A stretch of 61,096 bases of DNA, counting the filler, from Sphacelaria rigidula (taxonomy: Eukaryota): the NCBI GenBank assembly GCA_964200075.2. It is 5 parts of 5 records of this genome, joined end to end, with 100 filler letters (N's around TTAATTAATTAA, not from the genome) between each part and the next. Parts side by side here need not be neighbours in the genome. Positions count along the whole stretch, not along the records: positions 12,243 to 24,383 come from CAXNAA020004086.1; positions 24,484 to 36,622 come from CAXNAA020004087.1; 3 more parts are not named here. One strand, 5' to 3'. The translations under genes were made by a program, and so were the position numbers. The number at the start of each line of letters is the position of its first letter. Position 1 is the stretch's first letter. A model generated the notes under the pieces. That model searched no databases and was not told the origin of the DNA. It worked only from the letters and a program-made list of their open reading frames with translations. Positions 12,831-26,463 of the stretch are shown piece by piece.

Positions 12831-15800
12831 GATCACCGCCACACGCACCCTTCCTCCGCTGTGCATGACGAGAAGATGTTTCGTGACGAACTTCCTTGAA
12901 TTCACGAGGAGGTACAGAAAAGACACGTGTATTATTTTCACGTATATTGCACACGTCCAAAGGGTAAAAGAATCACACGCAGTCGAAACAACACTCAAAA
13001 AAGACGCACCAGATCACACCGAACTACACCCGTCATCCTACCACTGCTCTTCCTAGTATTTTACGTACTGTATCCAGTAGGCTTTCATCTTCTGGTCTGC
13101 TATATATGATGATGCTTGCAGAACGGGTCGCTATCCAACGCGACACATCCGAAAAACAAAAAAAAATCTGCATCCCTGTATCTTACCTCCTAACCTTTCA
13201 GATAGAAATACAACATGGTACACAGTATATGCTTCACGCATCCTCCCGGCCGACAACCAGCTAGCTGTCATTGCCAAATCAACGTATACGAATCGCGCCG
13301 AGTGAATGACCCCCAAAAAAGAATAGCTCGAGGCGAAACAGCGTTCCAACGCGCGCGCCCAGGAGCTCTTCCGTTTCCCTCTGCACACAACGTACGGGGA
13401 TCAAAACCCACTGCTACACTCATCATATACCGAAGGCCTTGTGAAGGAACCGATGACACGGCACACAGAAAAAACATCCACGAAGTCACCCCCGTCCACT
13501 TGCCTCGCCCACCCCCTCCCTCCACGTCATTTCGCCGTCACCCCCCCAGCTAGTTCTCTCAGGTTGTCAAGGAAATACCCATCAAGAAAGACGTAATTTG
13601 CCCGTAACACGTTAGATTTACCCACATGGATACACCCCCCACATCAAAAGTTTTCAAAAGCAATAAGAAGGCAACGGCGCCATGGATGTATGTATATAGC
13701 GCGTGGGAAGAATAAACCCCACCTCACAAGATGTGAACGGCCGTTAACTCCCCGCCAGGAACAAACCGGGCAACGATCCCCGTACACTAATAGACCCAGG
13801 TCAACCCCCAGGCGATGCCTGTAACCCCTCTCCTCCAACCTGCGCTTCTCTCGTGGACTTGCGTGGCAACCTCAAGAACCGAGTGCAGACAACTCCACGA
13901 TGATAAACGGTGTGAGAAACATCAAAGTTTAACATGGATTCATATCATTGAACATACTCTGCCACGTCGGAATAAAACATGCAGACTAAGGGTAATTTTG
14001 CTGGTTCGATGACCGTTCCCATGCTCCCCTACCTCTCTTCTCCTCCACGGGACTCTCTCGTCTACTGTAGTGATACACAAAACATTTGTCCTAGTCGATC
14101 GAATAAATAAGTCTTTTTTTTATGCGAGGACGACATGACGCCTCATACACAACACAAGAAAGCACGACGCACCAGTTACGTGGTTCCATCTCTCATTCCC
14201 CACCCTCTCCAGGACACGAAAGCAATATACCCCGCCATCCCTCATTTTTCTGTTTTTCTCCTCGGGTCAACAACTGAACTATAGCCAATCCTCCGAAAAA
14301 CACACCACATGCATGTTCTTGGAAGTGGCGTGTCATACCGCGTGGGGCGGGCGTGAACTGCCGGTAATAAATGCAACCTGGTCCGCTATCGAAACGCCCG
14401 ACATCTGATTTCCACCGGCACAAGAAAGAAGGCCGTAAACACCTGACGTATCCAGGGCAATGAAGGCTGTAAGGGACCAAAATACAAGGGCCACCACAAA
14501 AATGCCGTCAAATGCGACTTTTTGACATAAGTGTCCAACCACGATAAAAAGAAGTCTTGTACAAAAGAGGCGCAAACGAAAATAAAAAAACGCCAAATCG
14601 AAATCAGTCGCCGATGTGATGGAAACCGCGTGAGACACGATGAAAACGAGAAAAAAAAAGAGAAACAGGAGGTAACGATAAACACGAACAGTATCGTTGG
14701 ACATCTCGTCTGCGCTTCCGAAACACCAACCGTCTCTGGAGCTACTTCCACAGTAAGCCTCAGCAAGACAGCGAACGCAACTTTGCTCTCATCTAGAAAA
14801 TCAACGAAAACACGGATAACGTGTCTTCTCAAATTCCATGGTTGCTCCACACATCCACACATCCCGCCCTCATTTCGCAAGCGAGCACAAAGAGATTCCG
14901 GCAACTGCGCTCTTTCGAACTCAATCAGGGACGGGAGATACAACACCCCCCTCTTGATGGGCCACGGCTGCACAAAACGCGGCATTTACAATTCGCTGTT
15001 CGATATCTATAACCCGGAAAACACACGTTCTCAACATTTATCTACCGGGCTTTGCGAAAAAAATCGGCCTAAACCGCCTTACGGATTGGCACGTGTGGAC
15101 ACTTATGTGGACGAAAACACGACAAAAAACTGCAACGGGCAATTAGATAGGAAAAAACCAAGAAAAAAACAACAACGTGCACACCCTCACGCACGGATAT
15201 CAAACCAAGTATATCTGAAATACAACTCCCCTGTCGCGTTCGAAATATAATGCGGCCATTTCCCCCCCCCCCGTCCCCTACCCCCCGTCCCCTATTTTCT
15301 CAAAAACCACATCGGGCTCAACCTTGAACGGTCCTCCACTCAGCTTTCGACAGAAAACTGAACAAAACGAGCACCAACCGAAGAACTAGAATTAAGCAGG
15401 GTGTTCGAATGGCAATACGAGAAACTACGTTCCCCCATAAATTTCCGTTCGACTCCCGAGGAATAGCTACGTGCCTCCCAACAGCGATCACTATCTGAAC
15501 AACGAAACGGACCGACAGCCGGCCTCTTAAGCAACAGCACTTCCAACCGACTCTGACTCCGGACTCGCTAAAAGGTGTATCGACTCGGCTTCATGGGTGT
15601 ATCGTCTGCCCTCGCGCAGTGAAGGGCAGAGGGAACGACCACGGCAAAGGACAACTTCGAGTCCAAAGTGTTGGCAAGCGTAAAAACCGCTCGAGAAAAG
15701 GCGGATACACAACGAGGACACCAACATCCACACGAGCAGACAGTCACCGAACCAAACATTTTAACGGCATGTTGGGGGCGCTGGGAGGAAACTCACACGA

Positions 15801-16246
15801 GTAGTACATGAAAAGGGATATGTAGAAGGTCGTGAATAGGGAAGAAAAAGTGCGACAGCAAAACAACAACCGAAATGCAACGCTAGGTACACACAGCTTT
15901 TCCCCACATGGGGATACAATGACTAAGGCGACACCACTTGAAAAAATGACATCAACAAAACGTTGGCTCTCTGTGGTGCAGCAGGCACAGCAGGCACGGC
16001 AGGCACAAGACACGCACACACGCACAAGGCACACAAAACTCCACACACGAGAAAAACGCAATATGTTGTCACCCCAAAATCTTGTGCTGGTTACTGTAGT
16101 TGCTGCTGCTGCCTGCCGCCGCTGCTGCTCTCGTTGCATGTGCAAAGAGCTGACCAGGCTCCATGCTTTTGTCCCAATATTCTCGCCTCGCCCGACAAGA
16201 ACACGTTCATTCTTCCCCCCCCTTCCGGAAAAACTAGTAAGATGAT

Positions 16247-19200
16247 CTAAAACCCAAGGTCCATATCCTCCCCGGATGCTATAGACTCCCCTACAGAAGA
16301 CTCCACGGATTCCTCCGAACACGCCTCCGTCTTCACCGATTCATCGTCATCATCCTTGCCCACAGCGTCCTCTCCTGTCCGTTCATTTGCCGCCAGACTG
16401 TCGCAGTCCGTACTTTCCGCGCCCCTCTCCGACTCTAACAAGCACTTGTCAATGTTACCAGTGGGTGCTACGGATCGTTCGAGCTCGAGTTCATCCACCT
16501 CCCCTAATAGATCGTCGTCGCTAAGGTCCCCTGTAGACGACACGTCCCCATCGTCCTCGCAGTTTGGGTCATTCCCCAATCCCGCCCCCCCCGCGATGAC
16601 GGATTCCTCATCACCGTCATCAAACAGGGCGCTCCGATACTCTCCCAGAAGTGTGTCCAAACGGAACATATCTTTCAAGATTGGGCGCACGTCTCCGGCT
16701 TGGTCGAGATGCCTGATGAGCTGCATCACGCTCGCCAGCGCCGTATCGGCGGGGTCGTCGTAAAACGACGCAACGAGCACACCGTTTGTTGGTTGGCAGA
16801 TGAACGACAGTGGGTTGTTGTCGACCAAGACAGTGCGGGACATGTCGGTCGAGTCCACGCCTAGGACTGAAAGGTCCTTCAAGAACGCACCCTTCACCTG
16901 ATGGGGGCAGTTGCGGTGTGGAGGCGGCAAGGGTCAGCGCAGCTCATTAGTTCGACAGTGTCTTGACCTGATAACCAAATTATCGAACGAATGTTCTTCC
17001 TCGAGTTCAGCTGTTGTGCCGAGTAACTTCGATCGAAAAAGCACGGTGGAGAAGAAGGGCTAGCATGTGTCAACATGTAGATTTTCACATCGAACTTCAT
17101 GGAAAGAGTACTGTCTATATTGGTCATGGGGCAACAACACCCGCTTCAAGAACTTCCCTGGACCCAAACCGCGTATAACGAACGAACTCGCTCGAATTAC
17201 TCATGACGCACTTGTTTTTTAAATAAAAGAAGTGCCAAGGCACCGCCTCGTGGTGTTCCACGGTCCAAGATTGAGATGCCGATGTCATCCTAACGCACAG
17301 AGACAACCGGTGATGCTTCGAACAACGGGTTCATAGTGAACCAAGACGACACGAAAGTGATCAAGGTCACCACAGGTGAAACAGTGATATCAGCTAAAGT
17401 AGATGACGATGGGACGTGGTTAACAGGCTGATCGAGATAAATTAACGGCGACCACATTGAAGACATGACAAGGTGTACAAAAGTGTGCATTAGTGTTGCA
17501 TATCGTACCGTGGGTTTCGATATATCGAAACTCATTATCGGACCGAATATTGAATCGAAAACGTTTCGATATTTTCAATATTTTGACATACACTGCGAGG
17601 GAGGCCTACAGGCTGCAGCACACCATGCACGCACGGCCTCCTAGACCCGATACCACACTACGGTCACACAGGATACAGCACTAGTCCACACGTGGGCCTC
17701 ATATGGCCACCACCTTTGGAACATCTTCGAGAGTACGAACACCACGGCGTTTTAGGAGCGAATCACCAATATGTGGTCGAAGATCGCCTCAAAATAGCTT
17801 CGTCAATCGCCCATCTCGTAGATTCTGCGTGCATTGGGTTTTATATTCGTATGTATAATTTCCACCGTGGAAAGCGTGAGAACGTGAGTAAACAGGATAC
17901 TCGACGGGGTTGATGTGATGCGGGTTGACGCAGTGCCGGAGTGCTGACTGAATACGCGAGACCAAAATGAAAGGCACGTACCGGGGCAGAGATGGGTTGA
18001 TCTGTTGCGACCACAGATTCATCCCGGGGAAGGGGAGGGGTTCAAAGTGTGGGTAAAAAAAATAAAGAACATAATCGCAGGAATACAACTTTTGACGTGC
18101 AGGTCCTCAACGAGTCATGCTGTAACATAGTGTATATCCCAGCACTGTGCGAATATGGTGTCATGCGCATTTCAAATGTTCTTCCAACGTTCATTGTGGA
18201 TAAAAATAGGTCCACCGCTTGCAGAGAAGAAGGGTTCAGGTTAGGGTGTTTTTTTCAAGAAATGAAGCCAAATTGCGCCCAAATGTTTCGCCTCCGGCGG
18301 CGCCTCCAGTGGGGCCCCCTCACCAGCCGGAGGGTGCCGTCGGGAGCTCGCTGCGCTCGCCAATATTGATATCGTATCTATTCGATCATTGGTATGATAT
18401 GCAACACTGGTGTGCATGAGTTCGCCGATAGTGACTCATCCGGGACACACCATTGGAATTGACACCGCAGGTGTATGTGGGACGGACCGTTGAGTTGGTG
18501 AAGGTGCTGTTCATGCAACAGAAGTCGATGGTCCTCCGAGGGAAATGCGCATCTTTGACCATGTGCGGGTACAACTCTCAAACTCAATGATTTTCATCTA
18601 CCCCACAAGGTGGGACGTGCGGGTGAAGCGTGCACATCATACTGGAGGTGACCTCCGCATTACAATCTCGTCAAGAACACGGTTATTTTCAAGTGCATCT
18701 CCTATCGGACACTGTAGGCGACTTAGATGGGAAGGGGAGAGGTGACTCGTTCTAAATTTCTCGTCAGTACCCCCACTTCCGTTACCTCCCCAAAGTAAAG
18801 TTCCCTTATACGGTATTAGAATATTGTTCCGGGAAACAAGAGGTTGTCCCGAGCTCCAACAGATATATGCAATGATGAGAAGCGCACAGGATAAAATTGA
18901 TCGATAATAGCCCAAACGTCTTTTGGACATGTGCAGCACAATTGTTTCAAGCTCCTCAGCTATCGAGAAGCTGACAAGTACAAGGACGGCCAGCACATGG
19001 GGGGGCTACCCGTGTGAGAAATGATGATAGCCAGCGAGAAGAATCAATATATCACCATTTTTTCGCGTCAACAGGTGCCGATACAAGATTATACATCTTC
19101 ATGCTTGTATTGAATAGGAGGAACAGAAAAGATTAAATTTTCCTGCCAGATTTGTTAGAGCACTCCAAGAGACGTGGGCACGTTCAGGACATATTGCACC

Positions 19201-21198
19201 AACATTCAGGCTGTGTGTGCTGTGCTTAGGAAGAACCTATTCAACACGCCAACATTGGTGAGTCGTGGGTGGAGGGGCTTGTGGGGAGCGGCAACAACTC
19301 GGAAGGACTAGGGAAAACTCAACATATACCTGGGACTTCAAGAATGTTGATCGTATAACTGTCCGCGTGTGAAACAAAAAGATATACCAGTAGCATACCA
19401 CGACCCACAAACCAGCAGCCCCGTGTGAAAGTGGCTCCTCTTCCATAACTTGTGGGTGCATATTTGAAATGCAAGGCAGGTGAACAAGGATGCCGAGTAC
19501 AGTGCAGTACAGCTGTAGCACGTGTAAGAAATGAGATGTCAGAGTGAACGCAAAAAGAGTGGTACCGTCAAAAGTCGAAACTAAAACGGTGTCACCCAGA
19601 CGTCTGACAAGATTGACGTGACCGTTCAGGAGTTGCAGTGCAGGACGCCGGGCACCATAGAGACGCCAGGTACAACCAACAGCGCTTACGCAACGGTTTT
19701 CCGACAAAAATGTGTACTTGTGGAAACGAAGGTGTACCACGGCGCCCGTACACATTCTCCATATCATTTTCAGTGAGATGAAAAGACGTCGACACTCAGA
19801 AGCACGCACACCTGTCTGCAGCTGCTGCGATATAGCCGCCTGTGAAAGAGGGTACCCTTAGGGTCGATATAGTCCAACACCGGCCCCGCGTAGTCGGGCA
19901 TTGCGGCGGTGAAGACAATTGTGTTGTAGTCGCGCGCCAGTGCCTCGAGGAAGGGATCGAGCCCTGGCCGTTTGTTGACCTGAAAAGAAAAGAGTGACAC
20001 GAAGTTCGTGAACGACCAGCAAGGACATCGGTGCAAAAACAATTGCAGGAAAGAAAAATTAGGCGGGTGCCTCTTGGCACAGTTGGAGCAATTTTCTCGA
20101 CTCCGAGACCTGAACTAACAAAAACACCAACAGAAAAAAAACACTGCTTACGGTTTAACTATGAGACATGCGCCAGCACCCATCTCGCGATGAGCAGAGG
20201 TTCAGAGGCGCATTCGAAGGGCGTATCAGCACGTCAGTACCAAGTGCATGGGTAATAAATGATGAAGCGCAATTGCAAGATGTGGTGTCGGTCTTATTCA
20301 AACTATAAACCCGAAGAAAAAACTCAGCTGTTCTCGGGAAGAAACGGCACGCCCGTTACCCCACCTTTGAAAAGGGGGAGAAATTGCCAAGCACACCATT
20401 TCTTCCAGTCGGAAAGATTGGTACTGCGGAGTAGTACAGAGGATGAACAAGAGTGACCAGGCTACCCTTGCATCACCCGTGCACGTGGCAGGAACAGGCG
20501 GAGAACAGACCTATCGCAAGGCGGCGCTGATACTTTTAGACCCTTTCCCCCTGCGCGCCAAAGAAAAACGCTGGAGCGAACTTGAGTTACTACACATCCG
20601 CGTATGATTTCCTCAGAAATGTCAAAAAAAAAACTTTCATTACGGTATACGTGTACACATGGGGACAACGAACCTGTGCGGTATCTCCATCGTCAAGCGC
20701 CACCCAAAAACTGTTTACTCCCAGCTCATTGACCGCATCAGGTCGTTCCTCGCTTTGCCTGTACGCCTCAGAGGCTGCCCCAGGGCCGTGAAATTTGCTG
20801 TGCAACAAGCACTCGTCCATATCCAAAACAACAGTCATCTTGCCCGGCTTGTAAGGAGCGAGCTTCGAGTGACGGCGTACAACAACGCCCGTGGGGGTTG
20901 TGCCAGCAGCTGCTGCCCCTTCGATGTCGTCGACTGCTGCCGTTGGCCCTGTGAGTAGCGGCGGTGGCTCGTCGCCCGCCGCCGCTAATGATTCTTCTTG
21001 TCGCAATTCTGCTGATGATGCATCACAGCTGTCGCTGCTGCTGCAACTCTTTCGCTCTGCAATTTGTTGTTGCGACTGAGTTGGTGTTGGGTCGGGTCGT
21101 GGAGCAGCTGCTGCGTTCGGCGCGCGATTATTCAGCTCCAATATCTCCTCTCGCGGTGCTTCGACGACAGGCAACACGGCAACGGCGGCGCTGGCCAT
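16247..21198 (-). CDS. FCP1/SCP-type (NIF/CPDc, HAD superfamily) CTD small phosphatase-like protein; exons 21198-20674, 19979-19812, 16897-16247 (~447 aa)
   Basis: KMTVVLDMDECLLHS, VNKRPGLDPFL, VFTAAMPDYAGPVLDYIDP, RRLYRSSC, FLKDLSVLG, VLVDNNP and F.DDPADTAL motifs. Both introns are phase 0 GT-AG. Acidic C-terminal tail. Confidence 0.93.
17833..18068 (+). mobile_element. Degenerate SINE family B copy (intronic)
   Basis: tttccaccgtggaa.gcgtgagaacg, gaccaaaatg and gggaggggttc blocks are collinear with 27660-27900; A-rich tail. Confidence 0.7.
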
Positions 21199-22120
21199 GA
21201 TACTATACTGTGAAAAAGAACTATAAAAACACCAACAAAGGAATATAGCGGCACTCGACGTTTTCCACCCTTTCCGTTTTTCGCAAGACCCGCCCCACGC
21301 AAAACTGCTGCAGCAGTAGATGCTGCGATAATTTACCCCCTCACTGTAGCAGCTACCCTCCTGTTCCCGTTACACCGAAAACTAAACTCCCTGTCGTGCT
21401 TGGTCAGGCAGGCTTTTTCAGCACCGCCGATGTAAGAACTAACAAGCAACCTGAAACAAACTGAAAGTGTGATGTGGCGATTGTCACAACACGCCCCCCG
21501 AAAACCGACACCGAGTTCTCCGGCTCGAGCTTTAGCTGGTGCGGGCTCAACGGCTTACTCGTCGCGCTCAATGGAAGGTGAGGGTTGGGCGGGAGAAGGC
21601 CGGAGCAGGTGTGAGGGGCAGAAGCACACCTTTTGTTACAGGAGGGGTGGGCTGTGTGAAAACGGGGGGGGGTGCTGTTGTGGAGCCCACCATGTGACTT
21701 GAAAAAATAATCTGAAATTATTATGCAGGGAAGAGCCGAAACGCTTTTTTTTTTCTTCAGCATCTCCAAAATATAGTGTTTTCATCTTCCAACTCTCTTG
21801 GAAGGACTTTTTTTTCAGATTATTTTGTTTACAGTCGTGTGATGCTCGTGAGGCAGGTCCGTCCAACCGTATGATAATTTTAACTTTTGGTCTTGTGCGT
21901 TCATTCGTCTGCCGACCTTCGTGATATCTTTTTTTGGATTGAAAAAACAACGCAGCAGCAGCACAGCACTTTTATTGCGTGGAACTAGTGCAAACACATC
22001 AGATAGCTGCGTTCTGTCATGAGCTGACACGTTGTCCTGTGCTCCAGTCCCACTTCGTGACCAAAGCCCTGACGTTACAAAGTGATTCCTGAAAAACTCC
22101 CCGCCGTTGTGCTCAGGAGA

Positions 22121-23058
22121 ATGGCGTCTGCCTTGTGTTTGGATGAAGGCGCCGATCATGCTTCACATTTGGTGAATGTGGACAGTAATGCTTTAGCCCA
22201 GTACCACTTGCCGGTCTATGCGGCAGTTGAGGGGCCGAAGATATGCTTTCGCCTGCTCGAGCTCGACGGCAATGCCTGCAGCATGCAGCACGATCAGTTT
22301 TTTTGCGTCATGATGAGCGCTACGGACAACAGGTGGATCATGAACTGAATATACGAGTATATATTTGATAAAAGAGACATACGAAGATATGTGTCTCACC
22401 GCACAACAGATATGGGTTAATCGATGACAATGGAGTAGCACACACAGTAGTAAAGTACTTGGAACGTAGACCACTAAGGGTGCAGCAACAATACCATACA
22501 GACAACAGTTGTCTGTACCAGGTATTGACTGTCCGTTATACAAGTGTTTTCTACTATTGATCACCGTTACAATACAACGGTACTTGTACTAGTATGGAGT
22601 ATCTTTTTTGTAGGCCCTCCGCTTTGGTGGGGTGCGCTTGTCCCGTTGAAGGTTGCCGATCGACAGTGCTCATCGGATCAGATGGTATACTTTTTGCCTT
22701 ACAACAGTGCAGCCGTGAGTAAGCACGGAGATATACATGGAGACGATGAAAGTGTTGATATTCGCCCAAAACCGCGTCTGCACGATCAATCGCCCTGCGC
22801 CATGATAGAATGACACTCGAGGACGTCGAAGAAGCATGGCAAAAGCATGCCGGCATCCGAATCCAGCAACCACAGAGTTCGGAGGCTGAGTCGGCCAAAG
22901 ACCAGGCACCCAGCACCATGGTGATGGACTTGCCCGCCTTCCTGAACGCTTTCAATGATCTTGCGCTGGCAAAATACTCGTCTGACGCTTGCGTGGGCAA
23001 TGGTAGATCCGAGAACCGCTTTTTGCTGCGAGACGTTTTCCGTGACGTCGTCAACATG
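22121..23058 (+). CDS. Putative gene of unknown function; exons 22121-22332 and 22809-23058, probable further exon near 23400-23587
   Basis: Exon 1 ends AG|gtggat and exon 2 starts tag|A-ATG, giving in-frame ..TDNR-MTLEDVEEAW..; strong donor ATG|gtgagt. Divergent from the phosphatase gene. Confidence 0.55.
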
Positions 23059-24066
23059 GTGAGTTTCAAGTATCTATCGAATATCATCCATCGGTCATGT
23101 GCACCGTAAAACTTCAGATGACGTCTCATGTCTTTCCCCGAGCCATTCCGGACTGATGCCGCCATACCCCCCCCCCCCCCCCCCCCCCCCCCCCCGCGCC
23201 CCGCTGCACGAGCGAAAGACAAAACAAAACAAAAAAAAACAANNNNNNNNNNGCCTGCCCCCCCCCAAAAACCACGCACCCGCCCCCCCTCTCCCCCCGC
23301 CTCCACCCGGTCGGTAGTCGCCCAACCCCCCCCCCCCCCCCCGCCATAGAAGCGGCTGGTTTGAGAAAGGAAATATATACATGCGAATCAAAATAACAGA
23401 AGTCGAGCATACCGAGCCGCTGGGAATTCCCGCGCTTCGGATCTTTTGCGCCAATGTCACCCATGTGAGACGCTTCATAGAGTCTGAAACCAGCGATCGT
23501 GTGCTGCATGACCATTTTTTTGGTGACAGTTTTGGAGCTGGTTTGGAGCAGACCTGTCGCGGCATCACTCTCCGCTTACTTGCCTAGCAAGAAAATCAGT
23601 AGGCGGATGCCTTCCTTCGAGCAGAAATGTTGTTATCGCCAAACTGACAAGGCTATCAACCGTTAAGGTTTTCTGCCAAGGTGTGTAGTGCCAAGACGTC
23701 AAGACGGAACGTCCCTTACCCCCGGTATAGAAACGCCTCCTGCACATCAATGGAAACCTCACTTTTTTCCTGAATACAAACGCTGCACACGCACTAGCAC
23801 ACAATTCTGTTCGTACAGACACATTGGTTACCACTAATCAGCGCGCAGCATGCAGCAACACAAGAACGCAGAAGCCATAAATGACGAAATAGAAGAATCG
23901 CCACTCTTCAACGATATCATCAGGTGTTTTCCAAAAGCGAGGATTTTCTCATGTGCCCCTTGGTACCTATACCGTCGAGGCTGTCTGTTCAAAGGTTTCG
24001 AGAGTGGTTTTCCTGTCTAAGGGTCCAACTGTAATACGAGCTGGGCCAGCCTAAAAACGGATTTAA

Positions 24067-24167
24067 CCCTTAGACCGCGAGATTGGTCTTTCTGGATCAT
24101 GCATATTTTTTTCCACTCGAGATTGATGCCGATTCAACAGAAGAAGACTAAACTCGCGGTCTAAGGG
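24067..24167. mobile_element. piggyBac-like MITE (101 bp)
   Basis: TTAA|cccttagaccgcgag ... ctcgcggtctaaggg|TTAG with a perfect 15-bp TIR. Inserted in a repeat (cgagctgggccagcct) also present at 151. Confidence 0.75.
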
Positions 24168-24383
24168 TTAGCTCCAAGGCTTTTATGGCAAACGAATGTC
24201 GATTTTTTGGGACCCCGATTTTGAAAAAATCGGGGGGACTCAAATTCGTGAACTCAAAATCGGGGAGCCCATTTCATGGCATAGACGGTAATTTTTTGCA
24301 TGATGAGTGTGGTACTGCGTTCTCGTGCATGAAGCCGAAGAGCAGGCAGGCGGTAAACAATCCTTCGAGTACAGGAAAACCAC

Positions 24384-24483
24384 NNNNNNNNNNNNNNNNN
24401 NNNNNNNNNNNNNNNNNNNNNNNNNNNTTAATTAATTAANNNNNNNNNNNNNNNNNNNNNNNNNNNNNNNNNNNNNNNNNNNN
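24384..24483. other. Artificial 100-bp contig linker
   Basis: N44-TTAATTAATTAA-N44. Confidence 0.98.
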
Positions 24484-25019
24484 GTTCCTCGGTAGAAGTG
24501 TTGGCCCTTCATTTTCTCCTTCCCGCGCGTCACAAGTTTCGTCGCCCCCCCCCCCCCCCCCCTTTTTTCATCATGTTCCCCCCCTTCATGAGTATCCTTG
24601 AGTGAAGCGTTCCCGTTCATTCACATTGCGTATGTCTATCTTGTATCTAATAACAACGCCAGCAGTAGATTCGTGAGTAATCAGTGAATATCAGTGAGGA
24701 GCGTTCAGACAACCAAACAATCTAAACGGCGCCACTTCTGTGTTCTCAGAACACAAACTAAAACCTCCATATACCCCCCTCCCCCTCTCTGATCCGGACC
24801 CCCCTTCCCCCCTCGCCCCTAGTATGCACAGGATCGGGGTACGAGTCGCTTTGCATTTTATTCGTTTATTTAACACCCGGTGCAAAACCAAGGGGGGCGT
24901 TATTCTTCCAGATGATGTGGAGAATGTAGACGTTCACTGTTTAGAGAGATATGGCTCTTAGTCTCAGGTGTGTTGTTGCTGAGATGATCATTGCTGCACT
25001 GCTATATACAGAATATGAG

Positions 25020-25960
25020 CGTGAGCGCGTCTCCGAAAACATGCTTCCCAATTCGACGATCGACCCAACGCCTAGCTATCCTTGAAAGTCCGGCTGCTTG
25101 AAGCGGGAGTGATGGAAGCTCTGGTGTACGGGCCACATGGACGCTGCGTTGTGATAACTTCGACAGTCTGTGCACTGCCCATCACAACCTTTTGCTGCGA
25201 GTGGTTGGATTCCGCAGGAAAGATCGAAATGGCTAGAAGACTCTCTCATACAGAGCAGTGCTCGAGATGACCAACTGCGAACGTATCAAGACGACTATCC
25301 GCAAACGTCAACTCTGGCTCGCGGGAGCCCACCCCTACGCATCATGAACGGACGGTTAACCACGCGAATTTCCAAGGAAGCTGGTCGCCCTCCACACACA
25401 CGATGGGAGGAAAATCTCCACGAGAACCTACGTGCACTAGGAACTGTTCCGCAACAAGGGAGCGCGACGGAAATGGTTCGTCTAAGGTGTAGAGAGGTGA
25501 ACCATGCACACAATTGGGTCACTGCGGCGAATAACATGTGCAAACGGCATCTTGGAGTCGAGAAAGGAGCGGAAGAGTTTGAGGACGCGTGGCGATGCGA
25601 AGACAACCGAGAATCGGGCCGCCGTCAAAGGCGAGAGGCTGCTGCGTCGAGAGCCGCCAGTCGAAGGGTCATGTCTGCCCCTTTCGGGTGTTGATTGTCT
25701 CGGAGGTCAGTGATTCTGCGGTGCCCCCTGGTGTGTGTCTGTACGTACTCTGGTGCCCTGAATCCTTTGGGCTTCCCCACTTATTTAAACCTGCTTCTCT
25801 GCTCTCCCATTCCCCATCTCTCTCTCCATATACGTGCTCTTTCCTGCCTGTGTATGCCAGAGCAGTTTGGTGCCTCGATTCCGTAGGGTCCACGGATGAA
25901 AAGGTTCATACACAAAGTGGTGCGGTCGTAGTACAGTAGATGAGTCGTACTCTTTTCCCA
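25020..25960 (+). mobile_element. 5'-truncated, frameshifted RTE-like non-LTR retrotransposon
   Basis: Broken peptide LKVRLLEAGVMEALVYG..AHHNLLLRVVGFRR..IRKRQLWLAG..RIMNGRL resembles the post-RT region of RTE-clade ORFs. Confidence 0.7.
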
Positions 25961-26147
25961 CGGCGTTTTGTTTCTTCACGACTGGGTATGAGTGTGTAAA
26001 GCCATTTGGCAGAGGCCGGACATTTTGTTTTTTTCACCTGCTATCGAAAAGAAATGTTCGTTCTTTCTGCCCAAGGGGACAGTTGGACCTGCTGTCTCGC
26101 CTTTTGATGACGGGGTATTGAGGCAAAGAAAAGCAAAGAAATAATAC

Positions 26148-26305
26148 CTTCGTCGGAAGAAGGATCCAACTCGCCGTCGGGCGTCGGGTACGAACTGGCC
26201 AGATTCTCCAGGAATTCCACGTACACGCTCCGCTCGTGGAGGTGACTGTAGGCCTTGGCAACCTTTTGAAAATAAGGTGGAAATAAGAACAGAAACGAGA
26301 CTTAA

Positions 26306-26348
<43 letters not shown>

Positions 26349-26409
26349 CGGAAATAAGGTTTGCCGTGATGGGGGGAGGGACAAATAAGCATGATGGTGA
26401 TGATGGGGA

Positions 26410-26463
<54 letters not shown>

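Noticed and set aside
14333..16245. Several 120-240 aa ORFs downstream of the phosphatase
   Set aside because: Compositionally biased with no motifs or splice chain; probably long 3' UTR or repeat-derived sequence
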